This document shows positions 8,977-17,467 of a stretch of DNA of 32,000 bases, one piece after another. The notes under the pieces are model-generated. The model made no database searches. It was given only the letters and a program-made list of their open reading frames with translations, and was not told the DNA's origin. This DNA comes from Dickeya dadantii NCPPB 898 (GTDB lineage: Bacteria > Pseudomonadota > Gammaproteobacteria > Enterobacterales > Enterobacteriaceae). The stretch covers positions 4,703,677 to 4,735,676 of the forward strand of contig NZ_CM001976.1 in the NCBI RefSeq assembly GCF_000406145.1. The letters run 5' to 3'. The translations under genes and the position numbers were made by a program. The first letter of the stretch is position 1; each line of letters opens with the position of its first letter.

Positions 8977-9939
8977 ATGAAACCTGAAGTGATCCTCTAC
9001 AGAAGTATCCCTGACGCGCTGCGCGCCCGCCTTGAGCAATACGCCACCGTGCATGAATTCAACGGGCTGCCGCCGGTCGATCACCCCGTACTTGAACGGG
9101 TGGAAGGATTGATCGGCTCCGGCGCCACGGTTAGCCGGGAATTTCTCTCCCATTTGCCGCGCCTGCGCGCCGTTTCCACCATCTCTGTCGGCTACGACAA
9201 TATCGATCTCGCCACCCTTAACGACAAAGGGGCGCTGCTGATGCACACGCCGACCGCTCTGACGGAAACAGTGGCGGATGCGGTGCTGACGCTGATGCTG
9301 ATGACCGCCCGCCGCGGGCTGGAAGTCGCAGAGCGGGTTAAAGCCGGAGAGTGGAAAACCAGTGTCGATAAAGACTGGTTTGGCATTGACGTGCACCACA
9401 AAACCATCGGTATTCTGGGTATGGGGCGCATCGGCCTGGCGGTGGCGCAGCGCGCGCATCTGGGCTTTGGCATGCCGGTGCTGTACCACGCCCGCCGTCA
9501 TCATCAGGAAGCGGAAACCCGCTTCAACGCCGGTTACCGCGACCTCGACGGCTTGCTGGCGGAGTCGGATTTTCTGTGCATCACCCTGCCGTTGACCCCG
9601 CAGACCCACCATCTGATCGGCCGCGAACAGTTGAAGAAAATGAAATCCAGCGCGATTGTGATCAACATCGGCCGCGGCCCGGTTATCGACGAACCGGCGT
9701 TAATTGAAGCGCTGACCGACGGCACTATTTACGCTGCCGGGCTGGATGTGTTCGAGCAGGAACCGCTGCCGGTAGACTCGCCGCTGCTGAAGCTGCCCAA
9801 CGTGGTCGCGCTGCCGCATATCGGCTCGGCCACCCATGAAACCCGCTATAACATGTCGGCCTGCGCGGTGGACAACCTGATCGCCGCACTGAGCGGCAAT
9901 GTCAAAGAGAACTGCGTCAATCCGGACGTGCTGAAGTAA
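8977..9939 (+). CDS. ghrB: glyoxylate/hydroxypyruvate reductase B (2-ketoacid reductase)
   Basis: From the ATG at 8977 (GGAG at 8966-8969) the product [21 protein letters not shown]...[21 protein letters not shown]...[15 protein letters not shown]...[11 protein letters not shown] is colinear with E. coli GhrB/TkrA. The 49-codon extension in the ORF track (from 8830) lies in AT-rich upstream DNA and is unlikely to be translated. Confidence 0.93.
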   Translation: MKPEVILYRSIPDALRARLEQYATVHEFNGLPPVDHPVLERVEGLIGSGATVSREFLSHLPRLRAVSTISVGYDNIDLATLNDKGALLMHTPTALTETVADAVLTLMLMTARRGLEVAERVKAGEWKTSVDKDWFGIDVHHKTIGILGMGRIGLAVAQRAHLGFGMPVLYHARRHHQEAETRFNAGYRDLDGLLAESDFLCITLPLTPQTHHLIGREQLKKMKSSAIVINIGRGPVIDEPALIEALTDGTIYAAGLDVFEQEPLPVDSPLLKLPNVVALPHIGSATHETRYNMSACAVDNLIAALSGNVKENCVNPDVLK

Positions 9940-9970
9940 TTCAGCCAGTTACCTCCGTTATCAATTCAAT

Positions 9971-10002
9971 ATTCCCCCTTCCGGATATCAGGAAGGGGGA
10001 AT
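9971..10002. terminator. bidirectional terminator hairpin between convergent ghrB and the DUF4432-like gene
   Basis: attcccccttcc (9971-9982) pairs with ggaagggggaat (9991-10002), a 12-bp perfect stem with an 8-nt loop and A/T-rich flanks. Confidence 0.7.
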
Positions 10003-10041
10003 AACGGCATGAACCCTGACCTTAAGCTACGCTAAGATCGA

Positions 10042-11250
10042 TCACTCCACCGCGATCGGTTTTTCGGTCAGCGTGGTGGTGCGATCGCCCTGAATCGCTT
10101 TCACTTTCTGCTCGGTTTGCTGTACCGCCGCCGGGCTGCTCAACAGGCTGTAGGTCAGCTCAAAAGTAGTGCTCTGGCCGGGTTGCAGCTTCTTCACCCG
10201 TCCCTGCTGACGTTCGATGGTGACCGGGTAGGCGTAATTGGTGCCGGGCTCGATGCCGGTGACATAGCCCTGTTTCAGGGTGTCGGTGTTTTTCCACAGC
10301 GTCAGCAGCGGCAACTGATGGGTATCAAAGGCGATGGACACCCCTTTGTCGCCGGCGCGGTTCACCAGCGCGGCCAGGGTTTTACCCTCGTTATCCGCGT
10401 ACGGCGTCATGTTAAACACCATCTCGTCGAAGTCTTTGGTCGGCCCTTTATACGTCTGCCAGCTTTTCAGACCCGCTTTGGCGTAGTCGTTGAACGGCGA
10501 AATCTCTTTCACCGGCGCCAGGAAACGCGCGCCGTCTTCCAGAATCGGCGTACCAAAATTGCTGTGGTAGATGATCTGATAGTCGCGGGCGTAATCCGAC
10601 TTGTTGGTCAACACATCGTGTACGGTAAACGACTCGCTGCCCGGCACGTAACGCAGTTCAGTCCAGGTTTCGAGATTGGATTTCTTAAAGCTGTTTTCCT
10701 TCAGCAAACCGCGCACCGTGATGGTGTAAGGTGCCTTGTCGCTGACGTCCACCAGCACTTTCGACGCCGGCGTATTACCTGCGCGGCCGTGCAGGGTGTA
10801 AATCATACCGTCGCTGGTGACCGGGTGGCCGGTCCACTCATAACCGCAGCGCACCATCATCTCATTGAAACCTTCCAGCCAGCCCAGTCCGTTGCGGCTT
10901 TCCAGCGTAATCGTATTCGGGTTCACCACCTCGTCCACCGGTGAATCCCAGCCCAGCCGGATGTTTTTACCGGTGACATGCAGCAAATCCATGCCACGGG
11001 TCGGGCTAAGGGTGATTTTCAGCCCGTTCGGACTGGTGATGGTGAGAATTTTGCTGCCTTCCTGACGCCCGCCGTGCAGCACTTTTTGCTCGATGCTGAA
11101 GCGCTGATCCTTGATCTTCAGCGCGTCGCTGCTGATCTGCCAGTTTCCTTTCTCGGTGCTGCTTTCAACGTCCGTCAGCACAAAGGTCTGAGCCGATGCC
11201 TGCCAGGAAACCAGCGCCAGAGCGATACTTATTGCCAGTACATTTTTCAT
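10042..11250 (-). CDS. secreted aldose-1-epimerase-like (DUF4432-type) protein, function uncertain
   Basis: The 402-aa ORF has a clear Sec signal peptide (MKNVLAISIALALVSWQASAQ). The beta-rich sequence contains LHGRAGNTPA and IYHSNFG motifs that recall the mutarotase-like superfamily. The family assignment is from memory only. Confidence 0.7.
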   Translation of the reverse strand: MKNVLAISIALALVSWQASAQTFVLTDVESSTEKGNWQISSDALKIKDQRFSIEQKVLHGGRQEGSKILTITSPNGLKITLSPTRGMDLLHVTGKNIRLGWDSPVDEVVNPNTITLESRNGLGWLEGFNEMMVRCGYEWTGHPVTSDGMIYTLHGRAGNTPASKVLVDVSDKAPYTITVRGLLKENSFKKSNLETWTELRYVPGSESFTVHDVLTNKSDYARDYQIIYHSNFGTPILEDGARFLAPVKEISPFNDYAKAGLKSWQTYKGPTKDFDEMVFNMTPYADNEGKTLAALVNRAGDKGVSIAFDTHQLPLLTLWKNTDTLKQGYVTGIEPGTNYAYPVTIERQQGRVKKLQPGQSTTFELTYSLLSSPAAVQQTEQKVKAIQGDRTTTLTEKPIAVE

Positions 11251-11642
11251 CCCATGCGTCCTTCTAGCTGAATTGATTAAGCCTGTGGAGCTAAAAGACT
11301 ACAAATCCGGCTGACGGGAGAATGTGACTGCTATCACCAGATAACCAACTGCCATTTTTTCGCGATAAATTTGGATTGTTCATCACAAAATTACTAAGCA
11401 TGGTTAGTGTTTTTGCAGAAAAAACGTGAGAGGAATCAGACAAAAGCTGACGCGCGTTCAGCTTTTGGCGTCATTCGAGTGGGTTGCGCTGAAGCAGCCA
11501 GCAACCGTAGCAGTTAACTATTCCGTAATAACGAAAATAGACAGCATAAAGAGTGGATAAGGGTTTTCCGTTACGATTGCACCTGCCCGACACGCGCGCT
11601 AAGGTGTCGGTTTACCTGTGCTTCACCCTTTATTGACAAACT

Positions 11643-12899
11643 ATGAACTTTTCCCGTTTCGGCAACAAATTTACCCGCCATGCCGGCATTACCCAACTGA
11701 TGGACGACCTGAACGACGGGCTGCGTACCCCCGGCGCCATCATGCTGGGCGGCGGCAATCCGGCCCATATCCCGGCCATGGACGATTACTTTCAGCAGCT
11801 GTGTCGCGACCTGCTGGATCAAGGAAAACTGACGGATGCGCTGTGCAACTACGACGGCCCGCAAGGCAAAGATGAGCTGCTGCATTCGCTCTCCGGCCTG
11901 CTGCGCGAACAACTGGGCTGGGAGATTGGACCACAGAATATTGCACTGACCAACGGCAGCCAGAGCGCGTTTTTCTACCTGTTCAACCTGTTTGCCGGCC
12001 GCACCGACGACGGCCAGCGCCGCCGGGTGCTGTTCCCGCTGGCGCCGGAATACATCGGTTACGCCGATTCCGGGCTGGATGAGGACATGTTCGTCTCCGT
12101 TCGCCCGCAGATTGAGCTATTGCCCGAAGGGCAATTCAAATACCACGTCGACTTCGAGCAACTGCGCATCACCGACGACATCGGCATGATTTGCGTCTCG
12201 CGGCCCACCAACCCCACCGGCAACGTGCTGACCGACGAAGAGTTACAGCATCTGGATGCGCTGGCCCGCGAACATCAGATCCCGCTGGTGATCGACAACG
12301 CCTACGGCGTGCCGTTCCCCGGCATTATTTTCAGCGACGCCACGCCGCTGTGGAACCCGAACACCATCCTGTGCATGAGCCTGTCGAAACTCGGCCTGCC
12401 CGGTTCGCGCTGCGGCATCGTGATCGGTTCGGAGCAGCTAATCGAAGCGCTGGGCAACATGAACGGCATCGTCAGCCTGGCGCCCGGCTCCATCGGCCCG
12501 GCGCTGGCGCACGAGATGATCCAGCGCGGCGACCTGCTGCGGCTGTCCAACGATGTGGTGCGGCCGTTTTACCGTCAGCGGGTGGAACAGACCATCGCCA
12601 TCATCCGTCGCTATCTGTCGCCGGAAATCTGCCTGATCCACAAACCGGAAGGGGCGATTTTCCTGTGGCTGTGGTTCAAAGACCTGCCGATCACCACCGA
12701 CGTGCTGTACCAGCGGCTGAAACAGCGCGGCGTGCTGATGGTGCCGGGCCATTACTTCTTCCCCGGTCTGGAACAGGAATGGCCGCACGCTCACCAGTGC
12801 CTGCGCATGAACTATGTGCCGGAACCGGAAAAAATCGAGCAGGGCGTCGCCATTCTGGCCGAAGAAGTAGAGCGGGCGCGGAAAGAAGGCGGCATCTGA
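11643..12899 (+). CDS. avtA: valine--pyruvate aminotransferase
   Basis: The 418-aa ORF MNFSRFGNKFTRHAGITQLMDDLNDGLRTPGAIMLGGGNPA...CMSLSKLGLPGSRCG...HQCLRMNYVPEPEKIE is colinear with E. coli AvtA, including the PLP-lysine SLSK motif. Confidence 0.95.
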   Translation: MNFSRFGNKFTRHAGITQLMDDLNDGLRTPGAIMLGGGNPAHIPAMDDYFQQLCRDLLDQGKLTDALCNYDGPQGKDELLHSLSGLLREQLGWEIGPQNIALTNGSQSAFFYLFNLFAGRTDDGQRRRVLFPLAPEYIGYADSGLDEDMFVSVRPQIELLPEGQFKYHVDFEQLRITDDIGMICVSRPTNPTGNVLTDEELQHLDALAREHQIPLVIDNAYGVPFPGIIFSDATPLWNPNTILCMSLSKLGLPGSRCGIVIGSEQLIEALGNMNGIVSLAPGSIGPALAHEMIQRGDLLRLSNDVVRPFYRQRVEQTIAIIRRYLSPEICLIHKPEGAIFLWLWFKDLPITTDVLYQRLKQRGVLMVPGHYFFPGLEQEWPHAHQCLRMNYVPEPEKIEQGVAILAEEVERARKEGGI

Positions 12900-12923
12900 T
12901 ATCTGAACATTCCGGACACAAAA

Positions 12924-12946
12924 AAGCCGCCCGAAGGCGGCCTCAG
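12924..12946. terminator. GC hairpin, copy 1 of a duplicated 23-nt unit; oriented as a rho-independent terminator for minus-strand transcription
   Basis: The unit is aagccgcccgaaggcggcctcag, with stem gccgcc/ggcggc and a 4-nt loop. The A6 run at 12920-12925 overlaps its first two bases and becomes a U-tract on the minus strand. Confidence 0.6.
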
Positions 12947-13368
12947 ATTGCCGACAAAGTCCTTAAGTACAGGATGAAGCATTTTTCCGGCGTCAAAAAC
13001 TGTGCTGAGGTGGGCGACTTCGCCGGGTGAGCGACAGGACGTCGCGAAAGCCCGTGCCGCGTCTGACAAAAACGTTGGGAACGTTTTTGAACAGCGTTTA
13101 CGCTGGCCCGCAGGGCGAGCCCCAGGGATGGGGCGAGTAACCGCGTCACGGGCGGCCCGAACAGCGAAGGCGAATGCCGAAGGTAGCGCACAGCGCCGCA
13201 GTTTAGCCTCCAGCCAGTGGTCAAGGAGAGGTGGCGTTTGAACCTCTCCTTGTCGTGCGTGCGATGAAACAGCAAAGAAATTACACCGCTTATACCGCAC
13301 GAAACTATTCACTGACCGGACAAACTTCACCATTCACAAGACAACATAGCTGTTTGCCAACAGCCTCA
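12946..13368 (+). repeat. copy A of a ~420-bp non-coding, hairpin-rich repeat element (unknown family)
   Basis: It aligns along its length with 19157-19574. The core (~12989-13268 vs ~19200-19478) has about 30 mismatches by hand count. Conserved hairpins are at 13031-13045, 13067-13089, 13119-13134, 13186-13196 and 13222-13252. It is bounded by CCTCA at 12941-12945 and 13364-13368. The strand assignment is tentative. Confidence 0.85.
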
Positions 13369-13390
13369 AGCCGCCCGAAGGCGGCCTGAG
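13368..13390. terminator. GC hairpin, copy 2 of the duplicated 23-nt unit, downstream of the DUF1471 gene
   Basis: aagccgcccgaaggcggcctgag matches 12924-12946 at 22 of 23 positions. It lies 19 nt past the stop of the minus-strand gene at 13409. Confidence 0.55.
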
Positions 13391-13408
13391 CAACTGGGAA
13401 ACCGATTA

Positions 13409-13660
13409 TCAGTTGTAGATTTCTGCGACACCGCGCAGTTGGTTGTCGTTACCGGTCGCGGAGATGATGCGGAATGATTTAGCGCCGGCTGCGTTGGCTT
13501 TTTCAGACAGGCTGGCTTGCAGACCGTCCAGCGTACCGGCGGTGGCGCTCACGGTGCCGACGGACTGGCTGGCGCTGTGCTGTACTTCTGTCGCAGCAAA
13601 GGTGCCGAAAGAAACGGTAGCCAGGGCGATAACTGCAACAATATTTTTGATAGCTTTCAT
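13409..13660 (-). CDS. YdgH/BhsA/McbA-family (DUF1471) small secreted stress protein
   Basis: The product MKAIKNIVAVIALATVSFGTFAATEV...GTVSATAGTLDGLQASLSEKANAAGAKSFRIISATGNDNQLRGVAEIYN parallels E. coli BhsA, with a signal peptide and the C-terminal GAxxFRIxS...G.A.IY pattern. The ATG at 13660 has AAGGA 8 nt upstream. The ORF-track start at 13666 is a TTG. Confidence 0.85.
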   Translation of the reverse strand: MKAIKNIVAVIALATVSFGTFAATEVQHSASQSVGTVSATAGTLDGLQASLSEKANAAGAKSFRIISATGNDNQLRGVAEIYN

Positions 13661-13990
13661 GGTCAATATCCTTCACATTGAATTCGGTTAGTGTTCTTAA
13701 CTGGAGGCGTTATCGCCTTCGATGAAAGTGATAATAGACCTGTTGCCGGCGCGTTAAAAACGGGTTTATTTGTAGATATCATTCAAATTTTATGAAATAA
13801 AAAAACCCGCGATTTCGACGATTTTCTCCCCACCTCCACTTACCCCAAAACCAGATATTTATTACCGGTATTGTACTTTGTGGTTTCCGCATGCCTGTGG
13901 AAGTATCCCTTTCGTATGACAGCCTTTTCCCAGCCCTGACATCACCTGCACAGCGGCTGATAGCACTCTGATAACTAAAAGGAAAAAACC

Positions 13991-15634
13991 ATGTCTGGTT
14001 TCTTGAACGCTCGGCAGAAGCGGGGGATTGGTCTGCTTGTTTCATTAGCACTACTGGGGAATGGCGCGCAGGCGCTGGCCGCCGACGCGTCGCCCAAAAC
14101 CGGCGGTACGTTGATCTATCTGGAACAACAGCCGCACACCAATTTGTATCCGCCCGCAGGCGGTTTTTACCCCAACGGCGGCATCCTCAACCAAATCACC
14201 GACAAGCTGACCTACCAGAACCCGGAAACGCTGGAAATCGAGCCCTGGATCGCCGAATCCTGGACTATCAACGCCGACAGTACCGAATACACCTTCACGC
14301 TGCGCCCCGGCGTCACCTTCTCCGACGGCACCCCGCTGGATGCCAACGCCGTCGCTAAAAATTTCGACACCTACGGGCTGGGCAACAAGGAACTGAACCA
14401 GCCGGTTTCCGAAGTGATCAATAACTATTTGCGCAGCGAAGTCATCGACCCGCTGACGGTGAAGTTCTACTTCAAAAAACCGTCGCCCGGCTTCCTGCAA
14501 GGCACCGCCGCCATCGGTTCCGGGCTGGTGTCGCTGAGCACGCTGGCGCGCAACTTCAACCAGTTGGGCGACGCCACCCGCATCATCGGCTCCGGCCCGT
14601 TTGTGGTCAGCAGCGAAAAACCGGGACGCGAGCTGAAACTGGCGGCGCGCAAAGATTACAACTGGGCGCCGGTGAAGTTCACCCATCAGGGCCGCCCCTA
14701 TCTGGACGGCATCACTTATCTGGTGACGCCGGAAGACAGCGTGCGCATCGGCGCGCTGGTGTCCGGTCAGGCGGATTTCATCCGCCAGATTCAGGCTTAT
14801 GACGAAAAGCGGGTGCAGAGCGAAGGCATACGGATCTACGCCGCGCCCACCCGCGGCGTGAATAACAGCGTCAACTTCCGCCCGGACAACCCGCTGGTGG
14901 CGAATATCCGCGTGCGTCAGGCGCTGCGTTACGCCACCAACCCGAAAGAAATCATCCAGACGCTCTACTCCGATAACTACCCGCAGGCGACCTCGGTGCT
15001 GGCGAAAACCGCCGCCGGCTACGTCAACCTCGCCGACAAACTGACGTTCGACCCGGCCGCCGCCGCCCGCCTGCTGGACGACGCGGGCTGGAAAGCCGGC
15101 GCGCAGGGCGTCCGCCAGAAAGACGGCCAGTCGCTAGTGCTGACCGCTTACGAATCGCCGCCGCAGCCGCAAAACAAAGAGATGCTGCAACTGGTGGCGC
15201 AGCAGTGGGCCAAAGTGGGCGTGAAACTGAACGTGCTGGCGGGCGACGCGGGCACCAAAACCGTCGACAGTCTCGACCCGCTGAAAACCGGCGTGTCGCC
15301 GGGCATGGTGGGCCGCGCCGACCCGGATGTGCTGAAAAGCCAGTATTACCCGACGCTGCGCAACGTGCTGCTGCAAAAAGGCGGCGCCAGCGACAAGGTG
15401 AAAACCTTTGAAGACGCGCACCTCAACACGCTGCTGGACGGCATCGCCTCCGCCACCGATCGCAGCAAACGGCTGGCGCTGGTGGGCGAAGTACAGAACT
15501 ACCTGATCGATCAGGCGTACGTGATTCCAATTTTTGAAGAACCGCAGGTGTTCGCCGGGCGCACCGCTACCAAAGGGATCGGCTTTGAAGCCGTGGGCCG
15601 CCCCAGTTTCTACAACACCTGGCTGGACAAGTAA
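13991..15634 (+). CDS. ABC transporter substrate-binding protein, family 5 (peptide/nickel type)
   Basis: The 547-aa ORF has a signal peptide (LLVSLALLGNGAQALAADA) and typical SBP_bac_5 sequence character. It is the first gene of a four-gene importer operon, with an aaaagga RBS before the ATG. Confidence 0.9.
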   Translation: MSGFLNARQKRGIGLLVSLALLGNGAQALAADASPKTGGTLIYLEQQPHTNLYPPAGGFYPNGGILNQITDKLTYQNPETLEIEPWIAESWTINADSTEYTFTLRPGVTFSDGTPLDANAVAKNFDTYGLGNKELNQPVSEVINNYLRSEVIDPLTVKFYFKKPSPGFLQGTAAIGSGLVSLSTLARNFNQLGDATRIIGSGPFVVSSEKPGRELKLAARKDYNWAPVKFTHQGRPYLDGITYLVTPEDSVRIGALVSGQADFIRQIQAYDEKRVQSEGIRIYAAPTRGVNNSVNFRPDNPLVANIRVRQALRYATNPKEIIQTLYSDNYPQATSVLAKTAAGYVNLADKLTFDPAAAARLLDDAGWKAGAQGVRQKDGQSLVLTAYESPPQPQNKEMLQLVAQQWAKVGVKLNVLAGDAGTKTVDSLDPLKTGVSPGMVGRADPDVLKSQYYPTLRNVLLQKGGASDKVKTFEDAHLNTLLDGIASATDRSKRLALVGEVQNYLIDQAYVIPIFEEPQVFAGRTATKGIGFEAVGRPSFYNTWLDK

Positions 15635-15663
15635 CCGGGCAAACCGACGACGGAGGGCAAAAC

Positions 15664-16605
15664 GTGCGGATAACCTATCTGGCGACACGCCTCGGGCAGG
15701 CGCTGCTGGTGCTGTGGGCGGCATTTACCCTGTCGTTCATGCTGCTGCAGGCGCTGCCGGGCGATGCGGTGCTGATCAAATTCATGAGCCCGGAGCTGGG
15801 ATTAAGCGCCAGCCAGATAGCCGAACTGCGGCTGGCCTACGGCGCTGATGTGCCGCTGCTGACCCAGTACGCGGCGTCGCTGTCGCGCCTGCTGCACGGC
15901 GACTTCGGGCTGTCGCTGCAAGCTGGGCTGCCGGTCAGCGACCTGCTGGCGACTAACCTGCCGCCGACATTGCTGCTGGCGGTGCTGGGGTTCGGCGCGG
16001 CGCTGCTGCTGGCGTTCGCGCTGGCGTTTCTCTCGGCGCTGACCCCGTTCGCCTGGCTGCGCCAGCTGTTTCAGTCGGTGCCGTCGCTGCTGATATCCAT
16101 CCCCACCTTCTGGCTAGGCATCGTGCTGATTCAGGTGTTTTCCTTCCGGCTGGGATGGATTTCGGTGATCAACCCCGGCGAGTGGGAAGGGCTGGTTCTG
16201 CCGGTGCTGACGCTCTCGGTGCCGATTGCCGCCCCCATCGCCCAGGTGCTGATGCGCAGCATCGATCAGGTGCTGACGCAGCCGTTCGTGGCGGTGGCGC
16301 GCGCCAAGGGTCTGAGCCGTCGCGGCGTGCTGTGGCGCCACGTGGCGCGCAACGCCATGCTGCCGGCGCTGACGCTGGCGGGCCTGCTGCTGGGCGAGCT
16401 GATCGCCGGGGCGCTGATTACCGAAACCGTGTTCGGCCGCAGCGGGCTGGGCCAGTTGACGCAGGAAGCGGTCAACACCCAGGACGCCAGCGTATTGCAG
16501 GCCATCGTGCTGGTTTCCGCGACGGCGTTCGTGGCGGTCAACCTGCTGGTCGACCTGCTTTACCCGTGGCTTGATCCGCGTCTGAAAACCGCCTCGGAGG
16601 TGTGA
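15664..16605 (+). CDS. ABC transporter permease (DppB/OppB-like)
   Basis: The 313-aa polytopic ORF from the GTG at 15664 carries an EAA-loop-like motif (FVAVARAKGLSRRGVLWRHVARNA). Confidence 0.9.
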   Translation: MRITYLATRLGQALLVLWAAFTLSFMLLQALPGDAVLIKFMSPELGLSASQIAELRLAYGADVPLLTQYAASLSRLLHGDFGLSLQAGLPVSDLLATNLPPTLLLAVLGFGAALLLAFALAFLSALTPFAWLRQLFQSVPSLLISIPTFWLGIVLIQVFSFRLGWISVINPGEWEGLVLPVLTLSVPIAAPIAQVLMRSIDQVLTQPFVAVARAKGLSRRGVLWRHVARNAMLPALTLAGLLLGELIAGALITETVFGRSGLGQLTQEAVNTQDASVLQAIVLVSATAFVAVNLLVDLLYPWLDPRLKTASEV

Positions 16606-16606
16606 T

Positions 16607-17467
16607 ATGGCGAGCATTCAACTGGAAAAAATCGCTTTTCCGCTGCTGCGCAAGACGCCGCGCCTGCGCCGTTACGCCGCGCAACCCGGTCTGGCGCTTG
16701 CCTGGCTGGTGCTGCTGACGGTAACGCTGTGGGCGCTTTTCCCTAGTCTGTTTACCCACGCGTCGCCGATTGAGGGCGTACCGGGCGCGCAGCGGCTGGC
16801 GCCGGGCGGCGACTACCTGCTCGGCACCGACCAACTGGGGCGCGACCTCTACACCCGCATCGTCTACGGTTCGGCGCATTCGCTGTCCGGCGCGGTGATC
16901 GCCGTGTCGCTGGGTCTGGTGTTCGGCAGCCTGCTGGGGCTGCTGGCGGGCGCGGTCGGCGGCAGGCTGGATACGCTGGTGATGCGGAGCGTCGATGTGC
17001 TGCTGGCGATCCCCGGCTTGCTGCTGGCATTGAGCGTCATCATCCTGCTGGGGTTCGGCAACCTCAACGCCGCTATCGCGGTCGGCGTGACCTCGGTGGC
17101 GAATTTTACCCGACTGGTGCGCGCGGAAGTGCTGAGCGTACGCCGCAGCGATTACGTCGAAGCGGCGTTTGGCAGCGGCGGCACCTTCTTTGGCGTACTG
17201 TGGCGCCACATTCTGCCCAATTCGCTCACCAGCGTGCTGGCGTTCGCCGCGTTGCAGTTCGGCAGCGCGATTCTGGCGCTCGCCACCCTGAGCTTCCTCG
17301 GCTACGGCGCGCCGCCGCCGACGCCGGAGTGGGGCTTGTTGATCGCCGAAGGCCGCAACTACCTCGCCACCGCCTGGTGGCTGACCACCTTCCCCGGCCT
17401 GCTGGTGGTCGCCGTGGTGTTGGCGACCAACCGCATCAGCCAGTCAATCCGGAGATCAACGCGATGA
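16607..17467 (+). CDS. ABC transporter permease (DppC/OppC-like)
   Basis: The 286-aa polytopic ORF begins 2 nt after the previous stop and carries an EAA-loop-like motif (YVEAAFGSGGTFFGVLWRHILPNS). Confidence 0.9.
   Translation: MASIQLEKIAFPLLRKTPRLRRYAAQPGLALAWLVLLTVTLWALFPSLFTHASPIEGVPGAQRLAPGGDYLLGTDQLGRDLYTRIVYGSAHSLSGAVIAVSLGLVFGSLLGLLAGAVGGRLDTLVMRSVDVLLAIPGLLLALSVIILLGFGNLNAAIAVGVTSVANFTRLVRAEVLSVRRSDYVEAAFGSGGTFFGVLWRHILPNSLTSVLAFAALQFGSAILALATLSFLGYGAPPPTPEWGLLIAEGRNYLATAWWLTTFPGLLVVAVVLATNRISQSIRRSTR

Noticed and set aside
13252-13270. GTGCG motif (gtgcgtgcgatga) as the 5' end of a group II intron
   Set aside because: The element is far too short. No domain V/VI-like sequence or intron-encoded protein is present, and the motif is internal to the repeat.
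12812-13333. Minus-strand ORFs of 173 and 136 aa (12812-13333 and 19125-19535), plus nested ORFs, that share a conserved peptide
   Set aside because: They lie inside the two repeat copies. Almost every nucleotide difference between the copies changes the encoded residue, so there is no synonymous bias. The differences instead follow hairpin stem and loop logic. The ORFs have different starts and run into flanking terminators. I treat them as non-coding.
12946-13368. The repeat as a CsrB/RsmB-type CsrA sponge RNA
   Set aside because: There are only about six GGA motifs in about 420 nt, three of them in hairpin loops. That is far below the density in CsrB/RsmB, and two near-identical copies 6 kb apart do not fit known csrB/csrC loci. 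I kept it only as a minor note inside the finding.
17200-17463. An 88-codon N-terminal extension of the ABC ATPase ORF
   Set aside because: It overlaps the 3' end of the permease gene in another frame and encodes an Arg/Pro-rich low-complexity sequence. The ATG at 17464 overlaps the permease stop (ATGA) and gives a normal ATPase N-terminus.
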